A DNA stretch of 34,119 nt from an uncultured bacterium (GTDB taxonomy: Bacteria > Patescibacteriota > Minisyncoccia > Phycocordibacterales > UBA9973): positions 1-34,119 of the forward strand of contig CAIVNB010000069.1 of NCBI GenBank assembly GCA_903907175.1, written 5' to 3'. The notes beneath the pieces were generated by a model, which saw nothing but the letters and a program-made list of their open reading frames with translations, did no database searches and was not told where the DNA came from. The position numbers and the translations under genes are program-made. Positions 16,741-27,213 of the stretch are shown in pieces. Positions within the stretch are counted from its first letter, which is position 1. Each line of letters opens with the position of its first letter.

Positions 16741-18501
16741 TTATTTCTTAATCCGACCATTTTTAATTTCTTGTATCTTGTTATTAATCTCATTGATTTC
16801 TTTCAAAATTTGGCTAGATTTATCATTCTCCTTTTTTATCTCACATATATGTAACTCTTGCATTTTATTAGCCAAATCTTCTTTTAAATATTCCTCTTTT
16901 AGATTATTCAATAATTCTAAAACATCTTTTTTGATGTCCATATCATTTGTATAAAAAACTTCTGCTTCAAAAATTAAATCTTCTTTATTATTTTTTACTC
17001 TCTCAAGTAATTCCTCTTCATTAATTTTTAAAATATCAACAATTTCTTTTAAGAGAACCTCCGTATCTAAACTCTGTATTTTCAAGGTCTTTTGCCAAAG
17101 TATTATCCCAAGCAACCTACGTTCTATATAATCTTTTCTAAACATTTTAGATTCTATGTTTTTTGCTTCTTCTATTTCTTTCTTTTCAAATTTTGATTCT
17201 TGTTCAACTTTTTTCAAATCATCTTTAAGCGCCTCTTCTGAAATTTGTGACATATCACTTATTAATTTTATAAAATGAGCTTTTTCAATAGAGCTATTAA
17301 TAGAATCAACGTACGGCAATATTCGTTCTTTTATTTCTCTTCCAATATATCGGGAGTCTTTTGTTTTGTTATTTAATATTTTATTTAGCAAAAATTCAAT
17401 TATATGTTTTGAATTACGAATTGCTTCGTGCCATGCATCTTTCCCAACTTTAGAAATCAAATCTGCTGGGTCAACTCCTTCTGGAAGAGATGCTACTTTC
17501 ACATCCATATCAAGTGACAATGCTATTTTACTTGCTCTGGTTGAAGCATTAAGGCCCGCCTTGTCTGCGTCAAATGCAAGTACGATGTTCCCTGAAAGCC
17601 TTCTGATTAATCCTAAATTTGAAACTATATTTTCTTTCGATACTGCCCTGTCGGTCAAAGCAGTCCCTGAAGTCGCTACGGTATTTTTAAAACCCGCCTG
17701 ATGAGATAAAACTAAATCAAATTGACCTTCTACTAAAATCGAAAAATTATTTTTACGAATTGATTCTTTCGCTTTATCTAATCCATAAAGCACTGACGAT
17801 TTAGAAAAAATTGGAGTATCTGGGCTATTGAGATACTTCGCCGATTTTCCATCATCTATAAATAATCTCCCAGAAAACGCAATCACACGTCCACTAGAAT
17901 CACTTATAGGAAACATAATTCGTCCACGAAAACGATCATACATCGCCTTGCTTTGATCATCTGGTTTTTTTGCAAGTCCAGCAAGTTCTATTTCTTTGTC
18001 ACTAAATTTCTTTGTTTTTAGGTAATTATAAACCTGTCTCCAGTCTTCACTTGCAAATCCAATTCTAAAATCAGAAATCGATGAATCTAAGAGACCGCGA
18101 GATTTTAGGTATTCCAATACTTTTTTATTTTTAGATAAATTATCTACAAAAAAATTAGTAGCTTCTTCCATTGCTCTATATAATCTTTCCTTTTCACTTT
18201 CTTCCTCGTTGTTATATTGCTCTAAAATCACACCTGCTTTTCCTGCAAGTAACTTTAAAGCACCCTTAAAATCAAGACCTTCAAATTCTTCCACAAAGGT
18301 AAAGATGTCTCCCTTCGCTCCACAGCCAAAGCAATAATAGCTCCCGCGATCCGGAGACACAAAAAAAGATGGCGTTTTTTCATTGTGGAATGGGCAATTC
18401 GCCTTCAGATTTGAACCCGCGTGATCAAGCTTTATATAAGAAGAGACAACATCTTCGATTGAAAGTCTCTCCTTAATTTTTTGGACAGGAGAGTTTATCA
18501 T
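16741..18501 (-). CDS. dnaG: DNA primase
   Basis: CPFHNEKTPSF..YYCFGC zinc finger, DRFRGRIMFPI, KYLNSPDT, VEGQFD, FDADKAG (TOPRIM). Confidence 0.97.
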   Translation of the reverse strand: MINSPVQKIKERLSIEDVVSSYIKLDHAGSNLKANCPFHNEKTPSFFVSPDRGSYYCFGCGAKGDIFTFVEEFEGLDFKGALKLLAGKAGVILEQYNNEEESEKERLYRAMEEATNFFVDNLSKNKKVLEYLKSRGLLDSSISDFRIGFASEDWRQVYNYLKTKKFSDKEIELAGLAKKPDDQSKAMYDRFRGRIMFPISDSSGRVIAFSGRLFIDDGKSAKYLNSPDTPIFSKSSVLYGLDKAKESIRKNNFSILVEGQFDLVLSHQAGFKNTVATSGTALTDRAVSKENIVSNLGLIRRLSGNIVLAFDADKAGLNASTRASKIALSLDMDVKVASLPEGVDPADLISKVGKDAWHEAIRNSKHIIEFLLNKILNNKTKDSRYIGREIKERILPYVDSINSSIEKAHFIKLISDMSQISEEALKDDLKKVEQESKFEKKEIEEAKNIESKMFRKDYIERRLLGIILWQKTLKIQSLDTEVLLKEIVDILKINEEELLERVKNNKEDLIFEAEVFYTNDMDIKKDVLELLNNLKEEYLKEDLANKMQELHICEIKKENDKSSQILKEINEINNKIQEIKNGRIKK

Positions 18502-18506
18502 ATTTA

Positions 18507-21500
18507 TTATTCTTCCTCGGGAATCTTTTCTTTATTTTTAAATCCAGTTCCTGCTGGAATTAAACGTCCAATGATAACATTTTCTTTCAAACCTCTTAAG
18601 TTATCAACCCCACCCTTAACTGCATTTTCAATGAGTACTCGATTAGTATTTTGGAATGATGCGGCTGAAAGCCAACTCTTCGTACGAAGAGAAACCTCTG
18701 TAATACCAAGTACAATTGTTTCTGCTTTTGCTTCTTTTTTATTAATTTTACTAATTCTGCTATTTTCTTCGATAAATGCTGTATTTTCAACAATATCACC
18801 ATTAGAAAAATTGGTTTCTCCTGAATCTTTTACTTTTCTCCTTGAAAACATCTGGCGAATAATTATTTCGGTATGTTTTCTTGAAATCGAAGCACTTTGT
18901 AATTCGTAAACTTTATTTATTTCTCTAATTATATACTCCTCAACTAATTCTTTTCCTCCGTATTTGAATATCTCAGCAATATCAGCAGACCCATTTGTTA
19001 AGATTTCACCTTTTTTAACTTTATCTCCCACTTTAACAATAGGCATTCTATTAAACGGAACGAGGTATTCTATCTCATTTGATTTTCCATCAATCTTAGA
19101 GTCAGAAAGAATTTTAATTATTTTTTCTTTTCCATCTTTGTCTTTAATTTCAAATATTTCTCCGTCTGTTTCTGAAACTATAGCTGGATTTTTAGGAATC
19201 CTTCTTTCAAAAATTTCTTCAACACGAGGCAATCCTGTTGTGATGTCTGTCCCTGCGACACCTCCAGCATGAAACGTTCGAAGTGTGAGCTGAGTACCTG
19301 GTTCTCCGATTGCTTGAGCTGCAATAATACCTACTGCTTCACCTAAATTAACAAGATGGTTTCTACCCAAATCGAGACCATAACACTTCTGACAGAGGCC
19401 ATGAACAGTGCGACATGTTAAAGGAGAACGTACAAATACACTGGAATATCCTTTCTTTTCAATAATATAAGCTTCTTCTTTGGTAACTAAAAATCCTTTT
19501 TTATAAGCAACATTTCCATCCTTATCTTTCAAATCTTCTGCTAAAATTCTACCTCTAATATTCTTTGAAAGAGGAATTTCTATTCCAGAAATATTTTCAC
19601 GTGATACCATTTTCCCTTCTTTTGTTCCACAATCTTCTTCAGTGATAACGACATCTTGTGCAACATCAACAAGTCTTCGTGTTAAATATCCAGCCTTTGC
19701 GGTATTGAGAGCAGTATCAGAAGCACCCTTTCTTGCACCGTGAGTGGTAATGAAATACTCAATCGGAGAAAGTCCTTCGTGGTAACAAGGAATAATAGGA
19801 AATTCCAATATTCTACCCTGGTTATTCTGAATTAAACCTTTCATACCAGTCATTTGAGTTAAACTCGTAATGTCTCCACGTGCTTTTGAAGTAAATAAAT
19901 CATAAGTGGAACCATTTTTAGGAAGAGTATTGGGTAAAACTTTTTCTATTTCCTTTTTAACCTGAGTCCAAATCTCAATAATCTTTTGATATTTTTCTTC
20001 TTCTGAAAGAAGGCCTTCCTTCCACTCAGAAATTACTTGATCCTCTTTCTTTTTCCCTTCTGCAATAATTTTTGGTTTTTCTTCTGGTACTTTTACGTTA
20101 TCAAAACCCCAAGTAGTACCTGAAACAGTAGCGTATTTATAACCAAATTCTTTTATTTTATCTAAGACTGGCGGAGTATTGTCGACTCCATAGTGCACAA
20201 TAAGTTCATCAACAAGAGCTGATAATCTTTTTTGTGTCATTTCATCATCTACAAAAGAAAAATCAGAAGGTAAAATACTATTGAAAAGAATTTTGCCAAC
20301 AGTAGTATCGAAAATCTTTTCACCAAATTTTTTATACTTAAATGAACTTGTAGCCAATACTTTAATCTTTGCTCGAAGAGAAACCACGCCATATTCAAAT
20401 GCGGTCACAGCAGCATTTGGACTTGAGAAATATTTCCCTTCTCCCATTTCTTCGTCTAGAGATTTTGTCATCCAATAAGCACCAAGCACAATATCTTTAC
20501 TTGGATGCACAATTGGATCTCCGTTCTGTGGTTTAAGCAAGTTTTTATTTGATGCCATTAATTCTCTTGCTTCCATTTGTGCTTCTTCAGAAAGTGGTAC
20601 ATAAACAGCCATCTGGTCTCCATCGAAGTCAGCATTAAATGCCTGACAAACAAGCGGATGTACTTGGATAGCATTTCCTTCAATAAGTATTGGATTAAAT
20701 GCTTGTATGCCCAATCTGTGCAAAGTTGGAGCACGGTTTAGTAAGACATATTTCCCCTGAATTACTTCTTCGAGCATTGCCCAAACTTCCGGTGTTTGTT
20801 CTTCTATAAGTTTATTTGCTCCACGAATATTAAAAGCAATTTCTGCTTGTAAAATTTTAGAAATTACAAAGGGACGGAATAGTTCAAGTGCCATGTGTTT
20901 GGGAAGCCCACATTGATTAAGTTTAAGCTGAGGTCCAACCACAATTACAGATCGTCCTGAGTAATCTACTCGCTTACCAAGTAAATTTTGTCGGAATAAT
21001 CCTTGTTTTGACTTTAAGTTATCAGAAAGAGATTTAAGGGCTCTTTTTTGAGATTGACTCATTGCAACATTGTCATTTTGTTTCGCAATTGAGTTATCAA
21101 TAAGCGCATCCACTGCTTCCTGGATAATTCTTTTTTCATTTCTTAGAATTACATCTGGAGCATTTATTTCCTTTAACTTCTTTAGACGATTATTCCTATT
21201 AATAACACGTCGGTATAAATCATTTAAATCAGAAGTTGCGTGACGTCCCCCATCTAATGCTACCATTGGACGAAGCACTGGCGGGATAATAGGAATAACT
21301 GTAAGCAACATCCATTCTGGTCTAATCCCCGCATAGATCATCGCACGAATCAAAGAAAGTCTTTTTTGTAATTTATCCTTTTCAACAACACTGGCTTTTT
21401 CTAACATCCCTTCTGTGTGTGCTTTTAATTTATTTAGATCTAGGTTTTTGAAAATAGAATAGATTGCTTCTGCTCCAATATTTGCTTCAAAGCAAGTACC

Positions 21501-22115
21501 ATACTTAAGAGAATAGTGATGAAAAGAAATTTCATTTAAAACTTTCCCTTCATAAATTTCCCCAATCTCTTTTTTAGTACTTGAAAGTAATGCCTTTAAT
21601 TTTTCTTTTGTCTCATCATCGTTAGTATTTTTTACTTTTGTCTTATATTCTTTATCCAAATTCTGAACAATTATTTCTTTTTCTTCTTCATATACCTTTG
21701 TGATTATATAACCAGCAAAGTATATAACCTTTTCAAGATCAGAAACAGAAATGTTTAAGAGTATACTCATTCTAGATGGCACACCACGTAAAAACCAAAT
21801 ATGTGCTACAGGAGTAGAAAGTTCAATATGCCCCATTCTTTCTCTTCGTACGATAGAACGAGTTACTTCAACTCCGCATTTTTCACAAATAATATCTTTA
21901 TAACGAATTCGGCGATACTTTCCACAATAACATTCATAGTCTTTTTCTGGTCCGAATATCTTTTCATCAAACAATCCTCCACGTTCGGATCTCCCGGTAC
22001 GATAATTTATAGTTTCAGGTTTTGTAACCTCTCCATAAGACCACTCCTTGATTTGTTCAGGTGATGCAAGTTTGAGAGTGATATGATTGAAATCTGTTGT
22101 GTTTAAAGTTTTCAT
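18507..22115 (-). CDS. rpoC: RNA polymerase beta' subunit
   Basis: KPETINYRT, LLGKRVDYSGRSVI, NRAPTLHRLG, NADFDGDQMAV, GEPGTQLTLRTFH, GLKENVIIGRLIPAGTG. Confidence 0.98.
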   Translation of the reverse strand: MKTLNTTDFNHITLKLASPEQIKEWSYGEVTKPETINYRTGRSERGGLFDEKIFGPEKDYECYCGKYRRIRYKDIICEKCGVEVTRSIVRRERMGHIELSTPVAHIWFLRGVPSRMSILLNISVSDLEKVIYFAGYIITKVYEEEKEIIVQNLDKEYKTKVKNTNDDETKEKLKALLSSTKKEIGEIYEGKVLNEISFHHYSLKYGTCFEANIGAEAIYSIFKNLDLNKLKAHTEGMLEKASVVEKDKLQKRLSLIRAMIYAGIRPEWMLLTVIPIIPPVLRPMVALDGGRHATSDLNDLYRRVINRNNRLKKLKEINAPDVILRNEKRIIQEAVDALIDNSIAKQNDNVAMSQSQKRALKSLSDNLKSKQGLFRQNLLGKRVDYSGRSVIVVGPQLKLNQCGLPKHMALELFRPFVISKILQAEIAFNIRGANKLIEEQTPEVWAMLEEVIQGKYVLLNRAPTLHRLGIQAFNPILIEGNAIQVHPLVCQAFNADFDGDQMAVYVPLSEEAQMEARELMASNKNLLKPQNGDPIVHPSKDIVLGAYWMTKSLDEEMGEGKYFSSPNAAVTAFEYGVVSLRAKIKVLATSSFKYKKFGEKIFDTTVGKILFNSILPSDFSFVDDEMTQKRLSALVDELIVHYGVDNTPPVLDKIKEFGYKYATVSGTTWGFDNVKVPEEKPKIIAEGKKKEDQVISEWKEGLLSEEEKYQKIIEIWTQVKKEIEKVLPNTLPKNGSTYDLFTSKARGDITSLTQMTGMKGLIQNNQGRILEFPIIPCYHEGLSPIEYFITTHGARKGASDTALNTAKAGYLTRRLVDVAQDVVITEEDCGTKEGKMVSRENISGIEIPLSKNIRGRILAEDLKDKDGNVAYKKGFLVTKEEAYIIEKKGYSSVFVRSPLTCRTVHGLCQKCYGLDLGRNHLVNLGEAVGIIAAQAIGEPGTQLTLRTFHAGGVAGTDITTGLPRVEEIFERRIPKNPAIVSETDGEIFEIKDKDGKEKIIKILSDSKIDGKSNEIEYLVPFNRMPIVKVGDKVKKGEILTNGSADIAEIFKYGGKELVEEYIIREINKVYELQSASISRKHTEIIIRQMFSRRKVKDSGETNFSNGDIVENTAFIEENSRISKINKKEAKAETIVLGITEVSLRTKSWLSAASFQNTNRVLIENAVKGGVDNLRGLKENVIIGRLIPAGTGFKNKEKIPEEE

Positions 22116-22145
22116 ATATTTTTTAAATTATTATTAATGTACCTT

Positions 22146-25100
22146 TTATTCCCTATCAATATATTTCTCAAGCTTTACATCAAGTGCAAGGCCTCTCAAA
22201 TAATTTAGCATCACATTGAAAGATGCAGGAGAATTAGGAGCTTTAATGGGTTCATTTTTAATAATATTATCAAAAGTGGAAGATCGACCTAGTATATCGT
22301 CAGATTTTATAGTTAACATTTCTCGGAGTGTATAAGCAGCGCCGTAACCTTCAAGTGCCCAGACTTCCATTTCTCCGAATCTCTGTCCTCCACCCTGAGC
22401 TTTTCCACCAAGAGGTTGTTGAGTAATAAGAGAGTAAGGACCGATAGAGCGCATATGGATCTTGTCCTCTACCATGTGGTGCAGTTTCAACATATACATG
22501 TATCCAACAGCAATATCTTGACCAAAAGCCTCCCCTGTTCGTCCGTCAAAAAGTTTCATTTTACCATTTTCTGCAAACCCAGCCTTTTTTAATTCTTCTT
22601 TTATTTCCTCATGTTTTGCCCCTAAGAATGGAGGTACAATTGCTTGATAGCCAAGCGTATTTGCCGCCATCCCAAGATGCATTTCTAATATCTGTCCCAA
22701 GTTCATACGAGAAGGAACCCCGAGTGGAGACAAAATTATATCAATAGGAGTACCATCCGCTGCATATGGCATATCTTCTTCAGGTAAAATAGTCGAAATA
22801 ACGCCTTTATTTCCATGACGCCCAGACAACTTATCGCCAATTGAAATATTTCTTATTTGAGCAACTTCAATGACAATTTTCTTTATAATTCCAGCTTCGA
22901 GAGTGTGTCCTAAATCACGAGAAAATATTTTCACTCCGATGATTCTTCCTCTTTTGCCATGCTCTACACGTAATGAAGTGTCTTTTACGTCACGTGCTTT
23001 TTCAGCAAAAATTGAACGCAATAATCTTTCTTCAGGAGTAAGTTCTGTCTCACCTTTTGGAGTAATCTTACCAACTAAAATATCGTTTTCTCTTACTTCT
23101 GCTCCGATTCTGACAATTCCATCTTCATCTAAATCTTTTAACTTAACTTCTCCGATATTTGGGATGTCTCGAGTTGTTATTTCAGGCCCCAACTTTGTAT
23201 CACGAACTATACAAATAAATTCTTCTAAATAAATAGAGGTGAATTTGCTCTTTTTAACTAATTTTTCAGAAATGATTATTGCGTCTTCATAGTTTGAGCC
23301 ACTCCATGACAAAAAGGCAACGAAAATATTTTGTCCAATAGAAATCTGTCCATTTACGGAACTTGTAGTATCAGCAAGAACATCCCCTTTCTTAATCTTA
23401 TCTCCAATATTTACAGATGGGCGTTGGTGAAAAACAGAAAAATTATTATTTCTTAAGAAATTTACAAGTGGATATATTTTCTCATTTTTGCCTTTTACTA
23501 TTATTTTTCTTGAATCAAGATAAGAAACAACGCCATCCTCTTCTGCAATGACCAATCTACCTGAATCTCTAGAGGCTAAACCTTCAACTCCAGTAGCTAC
23601 AAGTGGCGCCTCAGGACTTACACAAGGCACTGCTTGTTTCTGCATATTACTTCCCATGAGTGCTCTATTGGCATCGTTATGTTCTAAGAAAGGAATCAAA
23701 GAAGTTGCAATAGAAAAAGCTTGGTTAGTAGCAACATCAATATAATCAAGTTCATCACGAGAAATTATCCCAGGATTATTTTTTATTCTAGCTTCAACTT
23801 TTTTTTCTGTAATTACTCCGTGTTCATCATAAGCAATTCCAGAATGAGCAATATTACATTTCTCTTCATCAAGAGCATTTAAATAAGAAACTTCCCCTGT
23901 TATTTTTCCATTTTTTACTTTAACATAAGGAGTTTCTATAATTCCAAAATCATTTATTCTTGAATAAGTTGAAAGATGTACAATAAGCCCAATGTTTGGT
24001 CCTTCTGGTGTGTGAATAGGACACACTCTTCCGTAGTGAGATGGGTGCACGTCACGAACTTCAAGTCCCGCTCGTTCGCGCGTTAATCCTCCAGGTCCAA
24101 GAGCTGAAAGTAAGCGAATATGTTCAATTTCAGCCAAGATATTTTCTTGGTTCATGAATTGTGAAAGCTGGTTTGTTGTAAAAAATTCTTTAATACGAGC
24201 TTGGAGTGGGCGTTGGTTGATTATTTGAATTGGCATTGCTGTATCTACATCAACAATGGACATTCTGTCTTGAACATTTCTTTTAATTTGCATCATACCA
24301 GTACGTATTTTTTGTTGAAGCATTTCCCCAACAAAACGTACTCGTCTTTGTCCTAAGTGATCTATGTCATCAGATTTTGCATGAATATCGTTATTTAACG
24401 TAACAATATTCATAAGCACAGTTACCAAGTCCTCTTTTGATATAGTACGGCGGGCAAGTTCTTCGTCTTCCATATTCTTTTCAAATCTCTTATTAAATCT
24501 ATATCTTCCAACTGGAGATAGATCATATCTTTCACTGGTAAATAGAGAATCAATAAATTCACGAGCATTATCAGCCGTAGCCATATCACCATCTCTTAGG
24601 CGTTTATAAATCTCTATATATGCATCATTCAAAGTTTTAGCGGTATCTTTTGCTAAACATGCTTTAATGGACTCTGTTTGATTCTGATCTTTTTCAAACT
24701 CTTTTAAGATCATCTCATTTGAGTGATAACCCATAACACGAAGAAGTGCAGTAACTGGAAATTTTCTCTTTTTATCTATTCTTACATAAATTGCTCCATC
24801 AGATTCTGATTCTATCTCAATCCAAACACCTCTTGCAGGAATAATTTTTGCTCCAAAATATCTCTTACCCTTACTCTCAGATTCTGTAAAGAAAAAACCA
24901 AAAGAACGTGCAAGTTGTGGAACAATCACACGCTCTACTCCGTTTATAATAAAACTACCATGTGGAGTCATTAAAGGAAGATCAGACATAAAAATCTCCT
25001 GTTCCTTTATTGTACCCAATATTTTATTTGTTAATTTTACTCGTGCTTTGAGAGATCCTTGATAAGAAATTTTATTTATTTTTGTTTCATTTTCATTAGA

Positions 25101-25316
25101 TTTTGATTCACCAAGCGTGAAAGAAGTAAATTCTAATTGAAATTTTTTTCCAGAATAATCTTTTATTGGAGAAAATTCTTTAAAAACTTCTTTTATTCCT
25201 TCTTCTACTAACCACTTATAGGATTTTACTTGTGCTTCGATTAGGTTTGGAAACTCTATTAAAGGTTTCTTGTATCTTCCAAAAAACTTTTGCGGACGCT
25301 TTACTTCTTTTTGCAT
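22146..25316 (-). CDS. rpoB: RNA polymerase beta subunit
   Basis: FIINGVERVIV, LSALGPGGL, TPEGPNIGL, GDKLSGRHGNKG, GGQRFGEME. Start taken at MQKEVK (25316). Confidence 0.98.
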   Translation of the reverse strand: MQKEVKRPQKFFGRYKKPLIEFPNLIEAQVKSYKWLVEEGIKEVFKEFSPIKDYSGKKFQLEFTSFTLGESKSNENETKINKISYQGSLKARVKLTNKILGTIKEQEIFMSDLPLMTPHGSFIINGVERVIVPQLARSFGFFFTESESKGKRYFGAKIIPARGVWIEIESESDGAIYVRIDKKRKFPVTALLRVMGYHSNEMILKEFEKDQNQTESIKACLAKDTAKTLNDAYIEIYKRLRDGDMATADNAREFIDSLFTSERYDLSPVGRYRFNKRFEKNMEDEELARRTISKEDLVTVLMNIVTLNNDIHAKSDDIDHLGQRRVRFVGEMLQQKIRTGMMQIKRNVQDRMSIVDVDTAMPIQIINQRPLQARIKEFFTTNQLSQFMNQENILAEIEHIRLLSALGPGGLTRERAGLEVRDVHPSHYGRVCPIHTPEGPNIGLIVHLSTYSRINDFGIIETPYVKVKNGKITGEVSYLNALDEEKCNIAHSGIAYDEHGVITEKKVEARIKNNPGIISRDELDYIDVATNQAFSIATSLIPFLEHNDANRALMGSNMQKQAVPCVSPEAPLVATGVEGLASRDSGRLVIAEEDGVVSYLDSRKIIVKGKNEKIYPLVNFLRNNNFSVFHQRPSVNIGDKIKKGDVLADTTSSVNGQISIGQNIFVAFLSWSGSNYEDAIIISEKLVKKSKFTSIYLEEFICIVRDTKLGPEITTRDIPNIGEVKLKDLDEDGIVRIGAEVRENDILVGKITPKGETELTPEERLLRSIFAEKARDVKDTSLRVEHGKRGRIIGVKIFSRDLGHTLEAGIIKKIVIEVAQIRNISIGDKLSGRHGNKGVISTILPEEDMPYAADGTPIDIILSPLGVPSRMNLGQILEMHLGMAANTLGYQAIVPPFLGAKHEEIKEELKKAGFAENGKMKLFDGRTGEAFGQDIAVGYMYMLKLHHMVEDKIHMRSIGPYSLITQQPLGGKAQGGGQRFGEMEVWALEGYGAAYTLREMLTIKSDDILGRSSTFDNIIKNEPIKAPNSPASFNVMLNYLRGLALDVKLEKYIDRE

Positions 25317-25488
25317 ATTTTTATTACTCCGAAATAAACAAAAAATACAAAGCAAAAAGACGAAAAACGCTTTCTCTTAGCTTTTTATTATTTGAATCGG
25401 ATACTAAATTAGTTTATACCTATATAAATAAGGCTCTAATAATGTGAAACAAGGAGTACATCCGAAACACAATCTATCAATCAAATAC

Positions 25489-25516
25489 AGCTTACTCTTT
25501 TTATAAATTTTGTCAA
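25489..25516 (-). promoter_or_regulatory. Putative rpoB operon promoter TTGACA-16-TAAGCT
   Basis: Consensus -35 at 25511-25516 and -10 at 25489-25494, immediately after the upstream terminator. Confidence 0.5.
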
Positions 25517-25554
25517 ATATAAAAAACTAGCGGTATCGCTAGTTTTTTATATTT
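25515..25554 (-). terminator. Intrinsic terminator upstream of rpoB
   Basis: AAATATAAAAAACTAGCG-GTAT-CGCTAGTTTTTTATATTT. Confidence 0.85.
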
Positions 25555-25623
25555 AATTAACTGATAAAACAAACCTCTCTTTCACCTAATTAATCTAAGG
25601 CCGTTTTATTTGGAACGATAGAT

Positions 25624-26091
25624 TTAATTAGTTTTTGTTCCGGTTGTTTTTATGTCTTTCTTAACTTTTAACATAGCTGTCTTTGTAATAATCTTTACTG
25701 TTTTAGCTGTTAAAATATTCGTCGTTTTGTCTAGGGTCCCAGAAACAATAACCTTCTGTCCCACTAAAACATCCGTTGCTGTTGCAGAAAGACCATCTTT
25801 CTTATACGTTGTTGTTGCATTTGTCACAACATCAACTGACGATGTTGCTTTGGTTTTCATGTTTGTTACATTTACAGTAAACCCCGTACTAGTTAAAGCG
25901 GATACAACCCCTACTACTCCATTTTGCTTATTTAATCCTATTGTTTTAGGATTAGTTTTATTTTGTTTTTGATAAGTTTTTGGAACATTTTTTATGCCTA
26001 AATCTTGGGGTGTTGCCGCATAAATTGTAGAACCAGAAACTAATAATGATAATGCTAGTGCCCCTGTTGCTAAATGTTTTTTATATTTCAT
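25624..26091 (-). CDS. Secreted Thr/Lys-rich protein with a DUF5666-like OB-fold domain
   Basis: Signal peptide MKYKKHLATGALALSLLVSGSTIYA; GVVSAL..TGFTV..VVTNATTTY..DVLVGQKVIVSG..LTAKTVKI pattern. Confidence 0.75.
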   Translation of the reverse strand: MKYKKHLATGALALSLLVSGSTIYAATPQDLGIKNVPKTYQKQNKTNPKTIGLNKQNGVVGVVSALTSTGFTVNVTNMKTKATSSVDVVTNATTTYKKDGLSATATDVLVGQKVIVSGTLDKTTNILTAKTVKIITKTAMLKVKKDIKTTGTKTN

Positions 26092-26175
26092 AATTAATTT
26101 TAATAAACTTATAATACTAATAATAATGTTTACACCTATGACCTTTAGTGTATGCAAACATTATATATTTGTGAG

Positions 26176-26192
26176 ATGAAATCGCTATGAAG
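26176..26192 (-). promoter_or_regulatory. Putative OmpR-family binding box CTTCAT-N4-ATTTCAT upstream of the DUF5666-like gene
   Basis: 11-bp-periodic TTCA repeat located 10 nt upstream of TATAAT (26160-26165); the same motif occurs at 27847-27863. Confidence 0.6.
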
Positions 26193-27213
26193 AGATAGGT
26201 AGAGAAATTATCACATTTGTACCCTTATTTACTTCACTTTTTATGACTATCGTTCCTTTATGATTTTCAATAATTTTCTTTGACAATGTAAGTCCGAGAC
26301 CCGCCCCTAGAGTATTTCTTGATGCATCGCCTCGAAAAAACGGATCAAATATCTTGTCTAGAACACCCTCTCCAATACCAATACCGGTATCACTAACAGT
26401 AACAACATATTTATTAGAAACGATTTTATCGGATATGGTTATTACCCCATTTGGGGAAGTGTATTTTATGGCATTATCTAAAATATTGAAAAACACTCGG
26501 CTAAGTTCTGTTTTATCTCCGAGAACATTCGCCGTCAATTCTATTTTCGATTCAATATTTATGTCTTTAACATGAGCTAAATTATTATTTTTTTCTATGA
26601 TTTTTTTTAATAATTCATTAATAACAATAGGCTCACATTCTAAACATATTGATCTATCATATTTTGATATATCTAATAAACTATTGCTGAGTTTTGAAAA
26701 TTCTCTCATTTCATCCAAAGTATCTTCTAATGTTTTTTTAGCTCCGATGAGATCTAATTTTTTATTATTTAAATTAACCTCGAGGCCGGAAATGACTACG
26801 GCTATCGGAGTACGGAGTTCATGAGATGCATCAGCAATAAACCTCTTTTGTTTTTCCATGTTTGATTTAATTGGTTTAAGAGTTTGTTCAGTAAGCAAAA
26901 ATCCTAATATAATAACAAAAAATATTATAAAAGCATCTATTGTTATAAAACGATTCAACAATATATCTTGGGCTTTATCTAAAATTGCAACAGCTAAATC
27001 TTTATTTATAAATGGATTTTCTGAAATTGACTGGGCGAGATTAGAGAGAATTGTATTGTAAAGTACGATACTTGAACCCCCCAAAATTACCATCGCCGTA
27101 AGGGAATAATATAAAGTAAGTCTAAGTCGTGCTAAAAGAAACTCATCTTTTAGGTCAGTTTTCCATTTTATAACCGACTCCACGAATTGTTTGTATAATT
27201 TTTCCATTATCAT
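26185..27213 (-). CDS. Two-component sensor histidine kinase (HisKA + HATPase_c, 2 TM)
   Basis: FIADASHELRTP H-box, NILDNAIKY, DTGIGI, FDPFFR, GAGLGL. Confidence 0.95.
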   Translation of the reverse strand: MIMEKLYKQFVESVIKWKTDLKDEFLLARLRLTLYYSLTAMVILGGSSIVLYNTILSNLAQSISENPFINKDLAVAILDKAQDILLNRFITIDAFIIFFVIILGFLLTEQTLKPIKSNMEKQKRFIADASHELRTPIAVVISGLEVNLNNKKLDLIGAKKTLEDTLDEMREFSKLSNSLLDISKYDRSICLECEPIVINELLKKIIEKNNNLAHVKDINIESKIELTANVLGDKTELSRVFFNILDNAIKYTSPNGVITISDKIVSNKYVVTVSDTGIGIGEGVLDKIFDPFFRGDASRNTLGAGLGLTLSKKIIENHKGTIVIKSEVNKGTNVIISLPISS

